This document shows positions 1 to 10,976 of a stretch of 64,000 bases of DNA, piece after piece. This stretch comes from an uncultured Spirochaetota bacterium (GTDB taxonomy: Bacteria > Spirochaetota > Spirochaetia > SZUA-6 > Fen-1364): assembly GCA_963745235.1 (NCBI GenBank), contig CAVUXE010000035.1, forward strand, positions 64,001-128,000, written 5' to 3'. Every line of letters begins with the position of its first letter. Position 1 is the first letter of the stretch. The notes beneath the pieces are model-generated. The model was not told the origin of the DNA. It made no database searches and saw only the letters and a list, made by a program, of their open reading frames with translations. Made by a program: the position numbers and the translations under genes.

Positions 1-700
1 GACCCAGAGGGGGAGCGTCGTGAGCGCGCGCAGGACAGGGGCAAGAGGAACGTAATCCTCTATGCCCGGACCCGCAGTTGGCCCCCACGATTGCGGCGCC
101 CGCCTCCTCCGCCTTCTTCACGCAGACCTCCGGAGGGTTCCCCATCATGGTGCGGTAGCCGTGGGGCGTGCGGTTGTACGTCACACTCGCCACAACGGGA
201 AGTCCCGTTGCCCGCACCGCGGCTGTCACGGCAATAGCCATCTCCTCCGCGTCTGTCATTGACTCCACGACAATCAGGTCCACGCCGCCATCCGCGAGGG
301 CCTCAGCCTGTTCGGAGAACACCTCGTGGAGGTCCTCCGCGGACACCTCTCCCAGGGGAAGAAAACGCGCCGTCGGACCGATGTCCCCTGCTACGAACGC
401 GTTTCGAGCCACGACCTCGCGGGCCAAAGCGGCGGCCCGACCGTTGATCTCCCTGACCCGGGCGGACAGGCCATGCGGTTCCAGGCGGAGCTTGTTGGCC
501 CCGAATGTGTTGGTCAGGATGATCCGGGCACCGGCAGCCAGGTAGTCGCGCGTGATTTCCTGGACCATCTCGGGATGCGTCAGGTTCCACTCGTCAGGAG
601 GGCACCCCGGCATGAGGCCCCGCTGGAAAAACTCGGTGCCCCAAGCGCCGTCGCAAAGGAGAATCCCCTCGGTCCGCAGCGCATCGTCGAACATGCTCAT
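1..700 (-). CDS. homocysteine S-methyltransferase family protein (stand-alone MetH N-terminal domain); runs off the window edge, may contain indels
   Basis: Manual translation from ATG at 700: MSMFDDALRTEGILLCDGAWGTEFFQRGLMPGCPPDEWNLTHPEMVQEITRDYLAAGARIILTNTFGAN. DGAxGT and TNTFGAN are family motifs. Absent from the ORF track because its 3' end lies outside the window. Confidence 0.85.
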   Translation of the reverse strand, partial: MSMFDDALRTEGILLCDGAWGTEFFQRGLMPGCPPDEWNLTHPEMVQEITRDYLAAGARIILTNTFGANKLRLEPHGLSARVREINGRAAALAREVVARNAFVAGDIGPTARFLPLGEVSAEDLHEVFSEQAEALADGGVDLIVVESMTDAEEMAIAVTAAVRATGLPVVASVTYNRTPHGYRTMMGNPPEVCVKKAEEAGAAIVGANCGSGHRGLRSSCPCPARAHDAPPLG

Positions 701-769
701 TCTCCCGGTGATAGTACAGCGCCGCCGCGCTTGTGAAAAGCAGGGCTTTTCGCTACCCTGACGGGACCC

Positions 770-1973
770 ATGCAGGCTTTCCTGATCTTCTATGCCGCAT
801 ACAGCGCCGTCATCCTGGCTCTTCATCTTGCGCTCGCTGCGGGGATTCTCCGCACCATGATCCTCGATGCGCGTCGGACAGCGCGCACAGCCGGCCCTTC
901 GCAGCGGCTGCGCGCGGAAGTGATCGTCGCACTTCGTAACGAGGAGGAGACCCTGCCTGCCCTCCTGGCGTCACTGCGCGCGCAGACCTGCCGAGATGTG
1001 ATGTTTCTTTTCGTCGACGACCGCTCCACGGACGCGACAGGGAGGCTCCTTGACGGGTTTTGCGCCGCGCAGGGTGACGCGGCCCGCGTGATTCACAACA
1101 CGCGCGAACCCCAGGGCCTCACGGGCAAGCAGGCCGCCCTGGATCTTGCCTTCGCGGCATGCCCGGGGTGACGTGCTGCTTTTCACGGACGGAGACTGTA
1201 CGGTGCCTCCGGGCTGGGCGGAGGAAATGCTTGGCCGCTTTCAGAATCCGTCGGTCGGCGTTGCTATCGGCCGGATCGAGCTGAAAGCGGACGGGAGCTT
1301 CCTCCAGAGATTCCAGGCCTTCGAGCAGCCCCTCTTGAACCAGTACAATCTCGGCTCAGCCGGCCTTGGCCTGGCAACCGGATGCTTCGGAAACAACATG
1401 GCCGTTCGGGCGGAAGCGGTGAAGGAGATCGGCGGGTTCTGGAAGCTGGGGTATTCCGTCACGGAAGACGCAATGCTGCTTGATGCCGTCTGCCGCAAAG
1501 CCGGCTGGAAACCGCGGGCATGCGTCACGTCCGGGAGCACCGCCAGGACCATCGCCAAGCCATCCTGGGCAGGCTTCGTGAACCAGCACACCCGGTGGAA
1601 CGCCGGAGGGCTCTTCTCCGAAGACCTGGTGACGCGGGCATCGTATATTTTCGTCGTTCTGATCTACCTGACCTCGAACGTGCTCCTCCTTCCCCTGGGA
1701 TTTCTGGACTGGCGCGCGTCGCTTCTCTGCGCGACATCGTTCGTGAGCACCGGCGTTCTTGCCGCGATAGCCGGCTTCTACCAGAGGGGGGACCGTCTGC
1801 GCTATTTCGCGACCTTCCTGCCGTTCGTCGTGGTCTTCGGTTTCTTCTATGTCTTTGTCACACTGAGGGCATTCGCACTGCGGCCCTTCGAATGGAAGGG
1901 GAGAGTGCTCAGCCCGCGCTCCGGCGTCACGCGAACTCCCGCTGGACAAGGGCCAGGAACTCCCGGGGAGTGA
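770..1973 (+). CDS. GT2 family glycosyltransferase, membrane-anchored (frameshift near 1162-1170)
   Basis: ORFs 770-1171 and 1146-1973 join into one protein: N-terminal TM, RNEE, VDDRSTD, GKQAAL, FTDGD, TED, QHTRW, C-terminal TMs. Confidence 0.85.
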
Positions 1974-2694
1974 CGGTCGGCACGCGAAGCGGCTCCTGGA
2001 GCCATTCCTCCTTGACGTAACCCCAGGTTGCCAGGAGAGCCCTGACCGGCGGCGGGCTCCGGCGCGCGGCATCGGGAATTGCAGCCTCTTCGCACAGGAG
2101 GTGATCTATCTGGTCGTCCACGAACGTCGCCCGGGAGAACCCGCCATCCTCGCTTACCTTTGCCACGATGTCGAGCTTCCTCTCCGAGCCGCTGTACAGG
2201 ATCCTGTCGCGCGGCAGAGGAATGGCCTTGGCGGTGAGGATTTCCGCAATGAACTCAGGCTTCTTCGTGGAAAGGATGAAGACCGGCGCGTCGCGGGAAA
2301 GCAGCGAAAAAGAGGCGGCCACGTGCGGGTAGATCCTGTTCAGGCCCAGCCATGATTCCCGGTCGCTTTCCAGCATTTCCGCTCGCGCCTTGTAGAAGAG
2401 CTCGTGGAAGAGCATCATCTTCTCATCCCCGGCGGCCCGCGCAATTGCGTCGAACTCGGACTGGCGGAATGCGCTTTGCCCCTTGTCCAGCATCTCCTGG
2501 ATGAGCATGAAATCCGCGCCCCCCCTGACCAGCGGCCGCAGCCGCGCGAAGTCTTTTCTCAGCGTCACCGGCAGGTATGCGGGACGTTGTCCCCGGTAGA
2601 GGTTGAAATACGCGGTCCACGAGGTCACGAAGCACTCGTCGATGGAATCGCAGATAACGCCGTCGAAATCCAGGACGAGAGCGCCGGAGCTCAT
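1927..2694 (-). CDS. HAD-superfamily hydrolase
   Basis: LDFDGVICDS (motif I), LSTK, FVDD; 4-nt overlap with the upstream LarA-like gene. Confidence 0.85.
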   Translation of the reverse strand: MSSGALVLDFDGVICDSIDECFVTSWTAYFNLYRGQRPAYLPVTLRKDFARLRPLVRGGADFMLIQEMLDKGQSAFRQSEFDAIARAAGDEKMMLFHELFYKARAEMLESDRESWLGLNRIYPHVAASFSLLSRDAPVFILSTKKPEFIAEILTAKAIPLPRDRILYSGSERKLDIVAKVSEDGGFSRATFVDDQIDHLLCEEAAIPDAARRSPPPVRALLATWGYVKEEWLQEPLRVPTVTPREFLALVQREFA

Positions 2695-3965
2695 GCCTTC
2701 GACGCCGCCCTGTCCTTCGTGAGCCTGTGGAGTATCTCCCCCGCGTGATCCACGAAGAGCACTCCCTCATCCTCCCTGCCCTGGTAGTCCTCCACGCGAA
2801 GAGCGGCCGGATCCCGGTAACCGAGGTTGATCTTCCTGCACGTTGCCTCCGGGATCCCCGTCGCAAGCACCACTTCGATGCGGGGCTTTTCCACCCCGTC
2901 AACCACTGTTCCGATTCCTCGCACGTGCGTGGAGTGAGCAAGCACGCCGCGGGGGATGTCGCGAAACTTCTCCATGCGCCCCAGGAACCAGTCCCGGACG
3001 TGGTAGCCGGTCCGCTCGAGGTAGCGGCCCCATGTTCGCGAGATTTCGCGGACATGGGGTGCCAGGATGACGAGCGAACCGCCCTCCGCGACCACCGGCT
3101 CCAGCTTGTACATCACCTTGCCCGCGGTCCACAGCTCATCGTACATCTCGGGCGCCCGCCCAAGCACCGTGCGGAATGGCGTGTCCTTGTAGACGATGTG
3201 AATCTGCGCGGACACGTCCGCCGCCAGGGACCAGGCTTCCTCCGGAGTGCCGGCAAACAGGCCCGCGAGGGCGCTGTCAGGCCGAACCACCATTGCCAGA
3301 CACGCGCGGGGCGTGGGGATCAGGGTAGCCGCCATGTCCACCAGTGCACGCACGGGTGTGGACTTGCAGCCGATGACCTCGGGGCAGGTCACAACGGCGC
3401 CAAGCCAGTGGAAGAAATGGAGGAAGTCTCCGCCTGAAATTCCGGGAAAGAGATACTTGTTCCCTCCCGAGAACCCCACCACTTCATGCGGGAAGACCGG
3501 GCCGAGAATCAGGATGAGGTCATATTCGAAGACTGCCGAGTTGATGACCACATCCACGCTTTCGTGAAAAAGCCCGCCGGACAGGGAGTCGATCTCTTCC
3601 GCGGAGATGGTCCCGAGCTTTCGCAACGTGGTCGGGAGGTCCCAGCGATGGTTGAAAAAACGGTTGTCGGGGAATATCTCTTCCCGCCGGCCGGCGGGAA
3701 TCCCGAACAGCGCGTCAATCCTCTCCTCGCTCAGGACGGTGTGCGTCCCCAGGGCCACCATGAAGTCAAGCTTCGATGCCCGCGCGCCGACCACGTCCCT
3801 GACGACTCTCGCCATCAGGGGAAGAGGGCACGTGCGAGTCGGGTCCGGGGTGAGCACCAGGACGCGGCGTCCCTGGACCAGTGAGGAAGGGATCCCCCTC
3901 TCCACGATCTCGCTGATCTCCTGCTCCGTGAGTCTTGCGTCGTTGCCGCCGCGTCCCGTCGCCAT
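2691..3965 (-). CDS. LarA / lactate racemase-family (nickel-pincer) racemase or epimerase
   Basis: PDPTRT, ALGTH, NHRWD, PHEVVGFSGGNKYLFPG motifs of the LarA N-terminal domain. Confidence 0.8.
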   Translation of the reverse strand: MATGRGGNDARLTEQEISEIVERGIPSSLVQGRRVLVLTPDPTRTCPLPLMARVVRDVVGARASKLDFMVALGTHTVLSEERIDALFGIPAGRREEIFPDNRFFNHRWDLPTTLRKLGTISAEEIDSLSGGLFHESVDVVINSAVFEYDLILILGPVFPHEVVGFSGGNKYLFPGISGGDFLHFFHWLGAVVTCPEVIGCKSTPVRALVDMAATLIPTPRACLAMVVRPDSALAGLFAGTPEEAWSLAADVSAQIHIVYKDTPFRTVLGRAPEMYDELWTAGKVMYKLEPVVAEGGSLVILAPHVREISRTWGRYLERTGYHVRDWFLGRMEKFRDIPRGVLAHSTHVRGIGTVVDGVEKPRIEVVLATGIPEATCRKINLGYRDPAALRVEDYQGREDEGVLFVDHAGEILHRLTKDRAASKA

Positions 3966-4043
3966 GCGCAGTCCCCTTCCTCTCTAGGATAATCGAAAAA
4001 CTCTTCCTGTACCATCTTCCGAGGTTCGGCTATAGTCCTGCCC

Positions 4044-5420
4044 GTGGAAAGATTCATCTACGGGGATTTTCTCGCGCATTTCGATTCCCAGGGAAGGTTT
4101 TCCTGCCCGTGCGGTGCCGTGCACACGGTCTCTATCCGCAACGTCGTGGTGGAGGCGGGCGCCCTGGACCGCGGAGCCTCTCTGCTTGCCCGCGAGTACG
4201 GCGCGGGCGCCACCGTCTGGGTGCTGAGCGATGAGAACACCGAGCGCGCCGCGGGGGCGGACTGGAAGAACCGGCTTTCGACATTCCGCATCGTGTCCCG
4301 CGTCCTGCCCGCCAGTCCGCGGCCCGTTCCCAGCGCGGAGCTCGTGGATGAGCTGGCGGCGGAGGTCAGGGCCGCGTCGCCCACTCTCCTCGTTTCCGTG
4401 GGAAGCGGCGTGATCAGTGACCTCGTGAAGAAGGTCTCGCTGGACACGGGAGTTGCGAACTGGTGCGTGGCCACTGCGGCCTCCGTGGATGCGTTTTCTT
4501 CCGCGACCTCAGCCATCCACGTGGGCGGCTTCCACAATGCCGTTCCCGCAGCCGTGTCGCAGACCATCATCTGCGACCTCCAGGTGATCGAGAAGGCCCC
4601 CGACATCATGATTCTCGCCGGGCTCGGGGACCTCCTTGCCAAGTTCATCGCCTTTCTGGACTGGAACGTGTCCCGGATCATGACGGGGGAGTATTACTGC
4701 CAGGTAGTCTCGACTGCGGCCCTCGAGTCTGCCCGCCTTGCCCTGTCCTCGGCGCGGCATTTGAAGGACGACCCGCGGGCAGCTGCGCGCGCCATGACGG
4801 ACGCGGTGCTTACCTCCGGTTTCGCGATGCAGGCAATCCGCGGCTCTCGACCCGCCGCATCCGCGGAGCACACCGTGGCCCACTTCTGGGAGATCGCGGA
4901 CGCGGTGCCGGTGGAAGAGCTGGACCTGCACGGAATTCTCGTGGGCGCCGCAAGCAGGATGGTCCTCCAGGGCTACACCGCCTTCTACCAGTCCATCAGG
5001 GATACCGTGCCGCGGACAGAGGGAAGGCTGCGGCGCTACGATGCCGAGCCGTCCTGGGAGCAGAGCATGGAGCCGGGGCTCAGGCCCTATGCACAGAAGG
5101 TGCATACGGAGATGGCTTCCCGGAAGTTCGACCGTGGGGTCCTGTCGGAAAGGTTGGAGAGGTTCACGGCGTCTCGACAGGCCATCCTGGAGGTTGCGCT
5201 TCCCGTCCTGGAGGAGCTCACCGCCGCCGTTGATCTGCTTGCCGGCATGAGCTATCCGTTCTCCCGCCGGGAGCTCGGCATCAACGATGAGCTGTGCCTC
5301 CTGCCGTGCCGCAGCGTGCGCCTGCTGCGCTCACGATATTCCAGCTTTGACCTGGCCTACGAGCTGGGCCTGGAGAGCACGATCTATGATGAGATCGAAC
5401 GATACGTCAGGGGTCGGTGA
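4044..5420 (+). CDS. sn-glycerol-1-phosphate dehydrogenase, AraM/EgsA family
   Basis: N-terminal CPCGAVH, VGSGVISDLVK, TAASVDAFSS, GLGDLLAK, SRPAASAEHTVAHFWE, LHGILVG. Confidence 0.8.
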   Translation: MERFIYGDFLAHFDSQGRFSCPCGAVHTVSIRNVVVEAGALDRGASLLAREYGAGATVWVLSDENTERAAGADWKNRLSTFRIVSRVLPASPRPVPSAELVDELAAEVRAASPTLLVSVGSGVISDLVKKVSLDTGVANWCVATAASVDAFSSATSAIHVGGFHNAVPAAVSQTIICDLQVIEKAPDIMILAGLGDLLAKFIAFLDWNVSRIMTGEYYCQVVSTAALESARLALSSARHLKDDPRAAARAMTDAVLTSGFAMQAIRGSRPAASAEHTVAHFWEIADAVPVEELDLHGILVGAASRMVLQGYTAFYQSIRDTVPRTEGRLRRYDAEPSWEQSMEPGLRPYAQKVHTEMASRKFDRGVLSERLERFTASRQAILEVALPVLEELTAAVDLLAGMSYPFSRRELGINDELCLLPCRSVRLLRSRYSSFDLAYELGLESTIYDEIERYVRGR

Positions 5421-5876
5421 TCAGATGCAGAAGTCCTGGCCGGACCCGAGCTTCGCGAAGTACTTCTTGCCGTTCTTTTCCGTGATGTCTTTCAGGGTCA
5501 CGCTGTTCAGATAGTCTTCCATGGTCTTCTGCAGCCCGGTCCAGATCTCATGAGCCGGGCATGGCTCAGGACGATCGCACAAGGTCTTCCGTCTCAGAGT
5601 GCAAGGCGTCAGGCCATGGGTTTCCCCGACTGCCGCAAGGATGTTGGCAACAGATATCTCGCCGGGCTTCTTGTTGAGGACGAAACCGCCGCCGGGGCCC
5701 CGTATTGAGCGTATCAAGCCCGCCTTCTTCAACTTGAAGAAAATCTGCTCCAGGAACTCGGAAGAGACCTTTTCTTCCGTTGCGATGGAGTTGATCGAAA
5801 TCGGGCGGTTGTGATGTGCCATTGCAAGGTTGATCACGGCCCGCAGGCCGTAGCGCCCTTTTGTCGTGATTCTCAT
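5421..5876 (-). CDS. Rrf2 family regulator, IscR-like
   Basis: MRITTKGRYGLRA, FLEQIF, SIRGPGGGF; C-x7-C-x5-C-x2-H cluster ligands. Confidence 0.9.
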   Translation of the reverse strand: MRITTKGRYGLRAVINLAMAHHNRPISINSIATEEKVSSEFLEQIFFKLKKAGLIRSIRGPGGGFVLNKKPGEISVANILAAVGETHGLTPCTLRRKTLCDRPEPCPAHEIWTGLQKTMEDYLNSVTLKDITEKNGKKYFAKLGSGQDFCI

Positions 5877-5917
5877 CTCTATTTTGACCTTATCATAGAT
5901 ATATTATTGTTATTGTA

Positions 5918-8012
5918 ATGATTGATCAACTGGCCGTGGCGGGAAAAAGACTCTTCTTCCTTTGCCTGGGCGCAATGCTCCTCCCCGCGCTTGCCTCAGC
6001 GCAATCTCCGGCGCCGCCCGTGAGGGCGCAGGTAATAGCTGAAAGTACCTCCATCCATCCCGGCAGTCCGTTCCTGGTGGCGGTCAATTTTCATATCCAG
6101 CCGGGATGGCATATCTACTGGAAGAATCCGGGGGATACCGGCCTCCCCACCACCGTGCAGTGGGATCTCCCGAAGGGCTTTTCAGCGCATGACCTCCAGT
6201 GGCCCGTCCCGCGGAAGTTCGTGTCCCAGGGGCTTGCCTCGTATGGCTACGAGGGGGAGGTCTCGCTTCTGGCGCAGATTGACCCCCCGGCTGATCTTGC
6301 CCCTGGAAACGTGCCCATACGCGCTCACGCAGGCTGGCTCGCATGCAGGATAGAATGCACGCCCGGCAAGGCGGATCTTTCCGCTTTCCTGCCCGTTGAG
6401 CCCGGGGTCCCGGCGATGGACGGCCGCCGGGCCGCGTTTTTCCGGGCTGCCCGTTCCCTGATGCCAGCCCCAGCTCCAGGCGCGTCGTTCAGCGCTCAAT
6501 CAGGCCGCGGCCGGATCCTGCTCCAGGTGGATGGTCTTTCCGTCCCCTCCGGGGCAACCGCGTACTTCGCTCCTCTGGATACGGGCCTTCTTGCGGAAGG
6601 TGCTCCCCAGAGCCCTCAGGTGGGCGCAACGTCGGTGTCAATCGACATGCAGCTCGCAAAGGGGGCGGACGCGCCGCGCGTTCATGGCGTCCTTGTCGTC
6701 CAGGACAAGTCCGGAGCCCGGGGGATCGATGTCGACACGCCAGTGGCGGGCGCCGCGGCGGCTTCGACTCAGCCTGCCAGCCCGGGGATGCAAGGCCTCC
6801 TGATAGCCCTTGCGCTCGCCTTTGTCGGCGGCCTGATCCTGAACCTCATGCCGTGCGTGCTTCCCGTGATTTCGCTGAAAGTTCTCTCCTTTGTCCGCAC
6901 CTCGAGTGAGGGGGGGGGAAGCGCCCTGCGGCATGGGCTGCTCTTTGCCGCGGGAGTGCTGGTCTCCTTCTGGGCGATTGCCGGCCTCCTTGTGGCACTG
7001 CGAGCGGGCGGACAGCTCATCGGGTGGGGCTTCCAGTTCCAGAGCCCTGCCGTGGTCACCATCACCGCGGCCGTCTTTTTCCTCATTGCGCTGAACCTGC
7101 TTGACGTTTTCGAGCTCCGGCTCCCCATCCGCATGGCCCGTCCGGTCTCCCCCGGCGGAGGCACCGGGTCATTCCTGAGCGGTCTTCTTGCCACGGCGGT
7201 TGCCACGCCATGCACCGCTCCTTTCATGGGTGGCGCGCTTGGGTATGCGCTGACGCAGCCCCCGGCCGTGGGGTTTGGGGTATTCACGGCTCTCGCGCTC
7301 GGGCTGGCCGCACCGTACGTGGTCCTCTCCGCCGTGCCCGGCCTTGTCAAACGGGTCCCGAAACCGGGGGCGTGGATGGTGACGCTTCGGCAGGTGCTCG
7401 CTTTCCCGATGCTGGGCGCCGTCATATGGATGCTGTATGTGCTGGAGACCCAGGCCGGCTTTCCCGCGCTTCTGGTGCTTCTCTGCTCACTTCTTCTGGC
7501 AGGCCTCGGCGCGTGGATTTACGGAAGGTGGGGAGGCCTGGACAAGAGCTTCCGTTCCCGGGTGACAGCCGCCGCGTTCAGCTTCATCCTGGTGGTGGGC
7601 ACAACGGCATTTGCCGCGGTGAGGTCCTCCGCCACGCCGGACCCGACCGCTGTTGCACCGGCGCCTTCGTCATGGGAAAGCTGGACTCCCCAGCGGCTCG
7701 CGGAGCTCCAGGCCAGCCGGCACGCCCGTGTTTGTCGACTTCACGGCGCGCTGGTGCCTGACATGCCAGGTAAACGAGAAGGTCGCGCTTCAGAACCCCG
7801 CGGTGCAGCAGGCTTTCCGTGCGGCAGGGGTGGCCACGATGCGGGCGGACTGGACGGACCGCAGCGATGCCATTGCCAGGGTGCTCGCCAGCTACGGCCG
7901 GGCTGGAGTGCCGGTGTACGCGTTGTATTCCAAAGGCTCCACGGAACCGGTGCTTCTTCCCGAGCTTCTCACCCCTGCTGTCGTCCTGGAGGCGCTGAAA
8001 AGGCTCCCCTGA
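5918..8012 (+). CDS. dsbD: protein-disulfide reductase DsbD (frameshift near 7720)
   Basis: PGWHIYWKNPGD and CRIEC (N domain); MPCVLPV and ATPCTAP (TM domain); thioredoxin VDFTARWCLTC in ORF 7653-8012. Confidence 0.88.
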
Positions 8013-8036
8013 GCACGGACGCTCCCTTTCGGCGTC

Positions 8037-8064
8037 GCGCGCTCTCGAGTCGCGCGCTTTTGTT
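8037..8064 (+). terminator. possible intrinsic terminator after dsbD
   Basis: GCGCGC-9nt-GCGCGC stem followed by TTTTGTT. Confidence 0.35.
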
Positions 8065-8091
8065 GACCCCCGGAGTCGGTGTCACTATAAT
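8063..8091 (+). promoter_or_regulatory. sigma70 promoter of gltX-glyS-tyrS operon
   Basis: TTGACC-17nt-TATAAT; GGAGG at 8112 before GTG 8125. Confidence 0.75.
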
Positions 8092-8124
8092 GCGTCATTC
8101 GATTCTTCTTTGGAGGCTTCCTTC

Positions 8125-9586
8125 GTGAGCGTCAGAGTCCGCTACGCGCCGTCTCCGACAGGGTACCAGCACATCGGGGGCGTACGCACCGCGCTGTATA
8201 ACTACCTCTTCGCCCGTTCGCAGGGGGGAACGTTCATCCTCCGCATCGAGGATACGGACCGTGAAAGGTTCGTGGAAGACGCCGTGAAGGACATCTATGA
8301 GACATTCTCCTGGCTGGGTTTCCACTGGGACGAAGGACCCGACGTCGGGGGGCCCAGCGGTCCGTACTTCCAGTCCCAGAGACTGGAGCTCTATAAAGCG
8401 CATGCGGCCGAGCTCCTGGAAAAAGGACACGCTTACCGGTGCTACTGCACGCCGGAGCGCCTTTCCCGGCTTCGGGAGGAGCAGGCGGCCGCGAAGTCAG
8501 GCCAGGGCTACGACCGGCACTGCCGCTCCCTGAGCGACGCGGAGCGGCGGGAGGCCGAAGCCTCCGGCGCTTCATCCGTCATCCGGCTCAAGGTGCCGCT
8601 TGAAGGGGCAACGACGTTTACGGATCTCCTGCTGGGGGATATCACGGTTTCGAACTCGGACATCAACCCGGACCCCGTGCTCATCAAGTCTGACGGATTC
8701 CCCACCTACCACATGGGCAACGTGGTGGATGACCACCTCATGGAGATCACTCACATCATGCGCGCCCAGGAATGGCTGCCGTCCGCGCCGCTGCACATGA
8801 TCATCTACCGCGCCCTCGGGTGGGAGCCGCCCAAGCTCTGCCATCTGCCCATGGTCATGGGCAAAGACGGCCAGAAGCTTTCCAAGCGCCACGGCGCCAC
8901 CAACGTTCGGGAGTTCCGTCGTCTCGGGTATCTTCCGGAAGCGCTCCTCAACTATATTGCGCTCGTGGGGTGGTCGTACGACGATTCCCGGGAGTTCTTC
9001 AGCCGGGAGGAGCTCGAGAAGCTTTTCAGCCTGGAGAAGATCAACAAGGCCCCCGCGGTATTCGACTATCAGAAGCTGGAGTGGTTCAACGGCAACTACA
9101 TGCGCAAGAAGACCGCGGATGAGATGGCCAGCTTGATCGAGCCGGTCATCAAGGAAGCGGGTTTCACGGCGGACAGCGAGATGCTGCGGCGGATAGCTCC
9201 GCTCATCCAGGAGCGGGTGAAGCTGCTCTCCGAGGTCCCCGACATGGTCCGTTTCCTGTTCGAGGACCCGGCGCCACCGGCCCCGGAGGCGCTCATCCCG
9301 AAGAAGGCGGATGCCGCAAAGGCGCTGGCGGCCCTGCGGAGGGCGGACGTCCTCCTGGGAGAGCTGTCCGACCTGGGAGAAGAGGCGGAGACGAGGTTCC
9401 GCGCCCTGGCGGATGAGCTGGGCATGAAGCTGGGGGACCTTCTCATGCCCGTGCGCATTGCGGTCACCGGCGCCAAGGTCTCCCCGCCGCTTTTTGGAAG
9501 CATTGCGGGCAATGGGAGTGGATCGGGCCAGGGCCCGAATGGCGCGAGCCATCTCGGTCCTCGCCGAATATGCGGGAAGGAGTTGA
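8125..9586 (+). CDS. gltX: glutamate--tRNA ligase (extra base near 9505)
   Basis: RYAPSPTG, HIGG, KLSKR. The shifted frame gives SIRAMGVDRARARMARAISVLAEYAGRS-stop at 9584-9586. Confidence 0.93.
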
Positions 9587-9590
9587 AGGA

Positions 9591-10976
9591 ATGGCGGAAA
9601 AGTCGGACGTCAGGGCCGAACCTGTCACCATGGACACATCTGGTCTCCCTCACAAAGCGCCGAGGGTTTATATTCCCTTCCAGCGAGATCTACGGCGGGC
9701 TTGCCTCCGCGTGGGACTACGGCCCCATGGGAGTGGAGCTGAAGAAGCGCATCCAGGAGTTCTGGTGGCGGGAGATGACCCAGCTCCACGAGAACATCGT
9801 CGGGCTGGACGCCGCCATCATGATGCACCCGAGGGTGTGGGAGGCCTCCGGCCACGTGGAGAACTTCACCGATCCCCTCATTGACTGCAAGAACTGCAAG
9901 CACCGCTTCCGCGCTGACCAGATCCCTGAAGAGAACCTGAAGACGCATAAGTGCCCGGACTGCGGCGCAACCCAGCTCACCGAGGCGCGCAAGTTCAACC
10001 TGATGTTCACCACGCACATGGGACCGGTGGAGGACGAGGGCGGGCTGATCTACCTGCGTCCCGAGACCGCGCAGGGAATCTACGTCAACTACAAGAACGT
10101 CCTGCAGACCGGGCGCGTGAAGGTCCCCTTCGGCATCGCCCAGGTGGGCAAGGCCTTCCGCAACGAGATCACCACGAAGAACTTCATCTTCCGCACGTGC
10201 GAGTTCGAGCAGATGGAGATGCAGTTCTTCATCCATCCCTCGGAAGACGCCAGGTGGTTCGAGCACTGGAAGGGCAAGAGACTCCAGTTCTACATCGACC
10301 TGGGGATCAGGCCGGAGAAGCTGCGCTTCCATCAGCACGGGCCGGATGAGCTTGCCCACTACGCGAAGCTCGCCTTCGACATCCAGTACGAGTTCCCCTT
10401 CGGGTGGAAGGAGCTGGAAGGCATCCACAACCGCACGGACTACGATTTGAAGCGCCACACCGAGTTCTCGGGAAAGGACCTGTCGTACCTGGACGAGGTG
10501 ACCCATGAGCGCTACATCCCCTACATCATCGAAACCTCAGCCGGCTTGACCCGGACCGTGCTCGTCGCCCTGGCGGACGCCTACGACGAAGAGGTCGTGG
10601 AAGGAGAGAAAAGGGTCGTCCTGCGCTTCCATCCCCGCATCGCCCCCACCACCATCGGGGTCTTCCCGCTCGTGAAGAAGGACGGTCTTGCGGAGATCGC
10701 GCACAAGCTCTCCGACGAGCTCTGTGAGGAGTTCCGCACGTTCTACGACGAGAGCGGCGCCATCGGAAGGCGCTACCGCCGCCAGGACGAGGTGGGGACG
10801 CCTTTCTGCGTGACGGTGGACTACCAGACCAAGGATGACCAGACGGTCACCATCAGGTTCAGGGACTCCATGGAACAGGTCCGCGTGAAGATGGCGGAGA
10901 TTGCCCCGACCATCCGCACGTCCATCAAGGAGTACAAGCGGGTGGGGGAGGGACCAGCGGAGGAGCATCGGCGTGA
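9591..10976 (+). CDS. glyS: glycine--tRNA ligase, homodimeric alpha2 type (indels near 9637 and at the 3' end)
   Basis: KRRGFIFPSSEIYGG, YLRPETAQG, FRNEIT, IGRRYRRQDEVGTP. The end is inferred from a GTGA overlap with tyrS. Confidence 0.92.

Noticed and set aside
4044-5420. Archaeal-type ether lipid synthesis
   Set aside because: No GGGP or DGGGP synthase in the window, and AraM-type G1PDH is common in bacteria.
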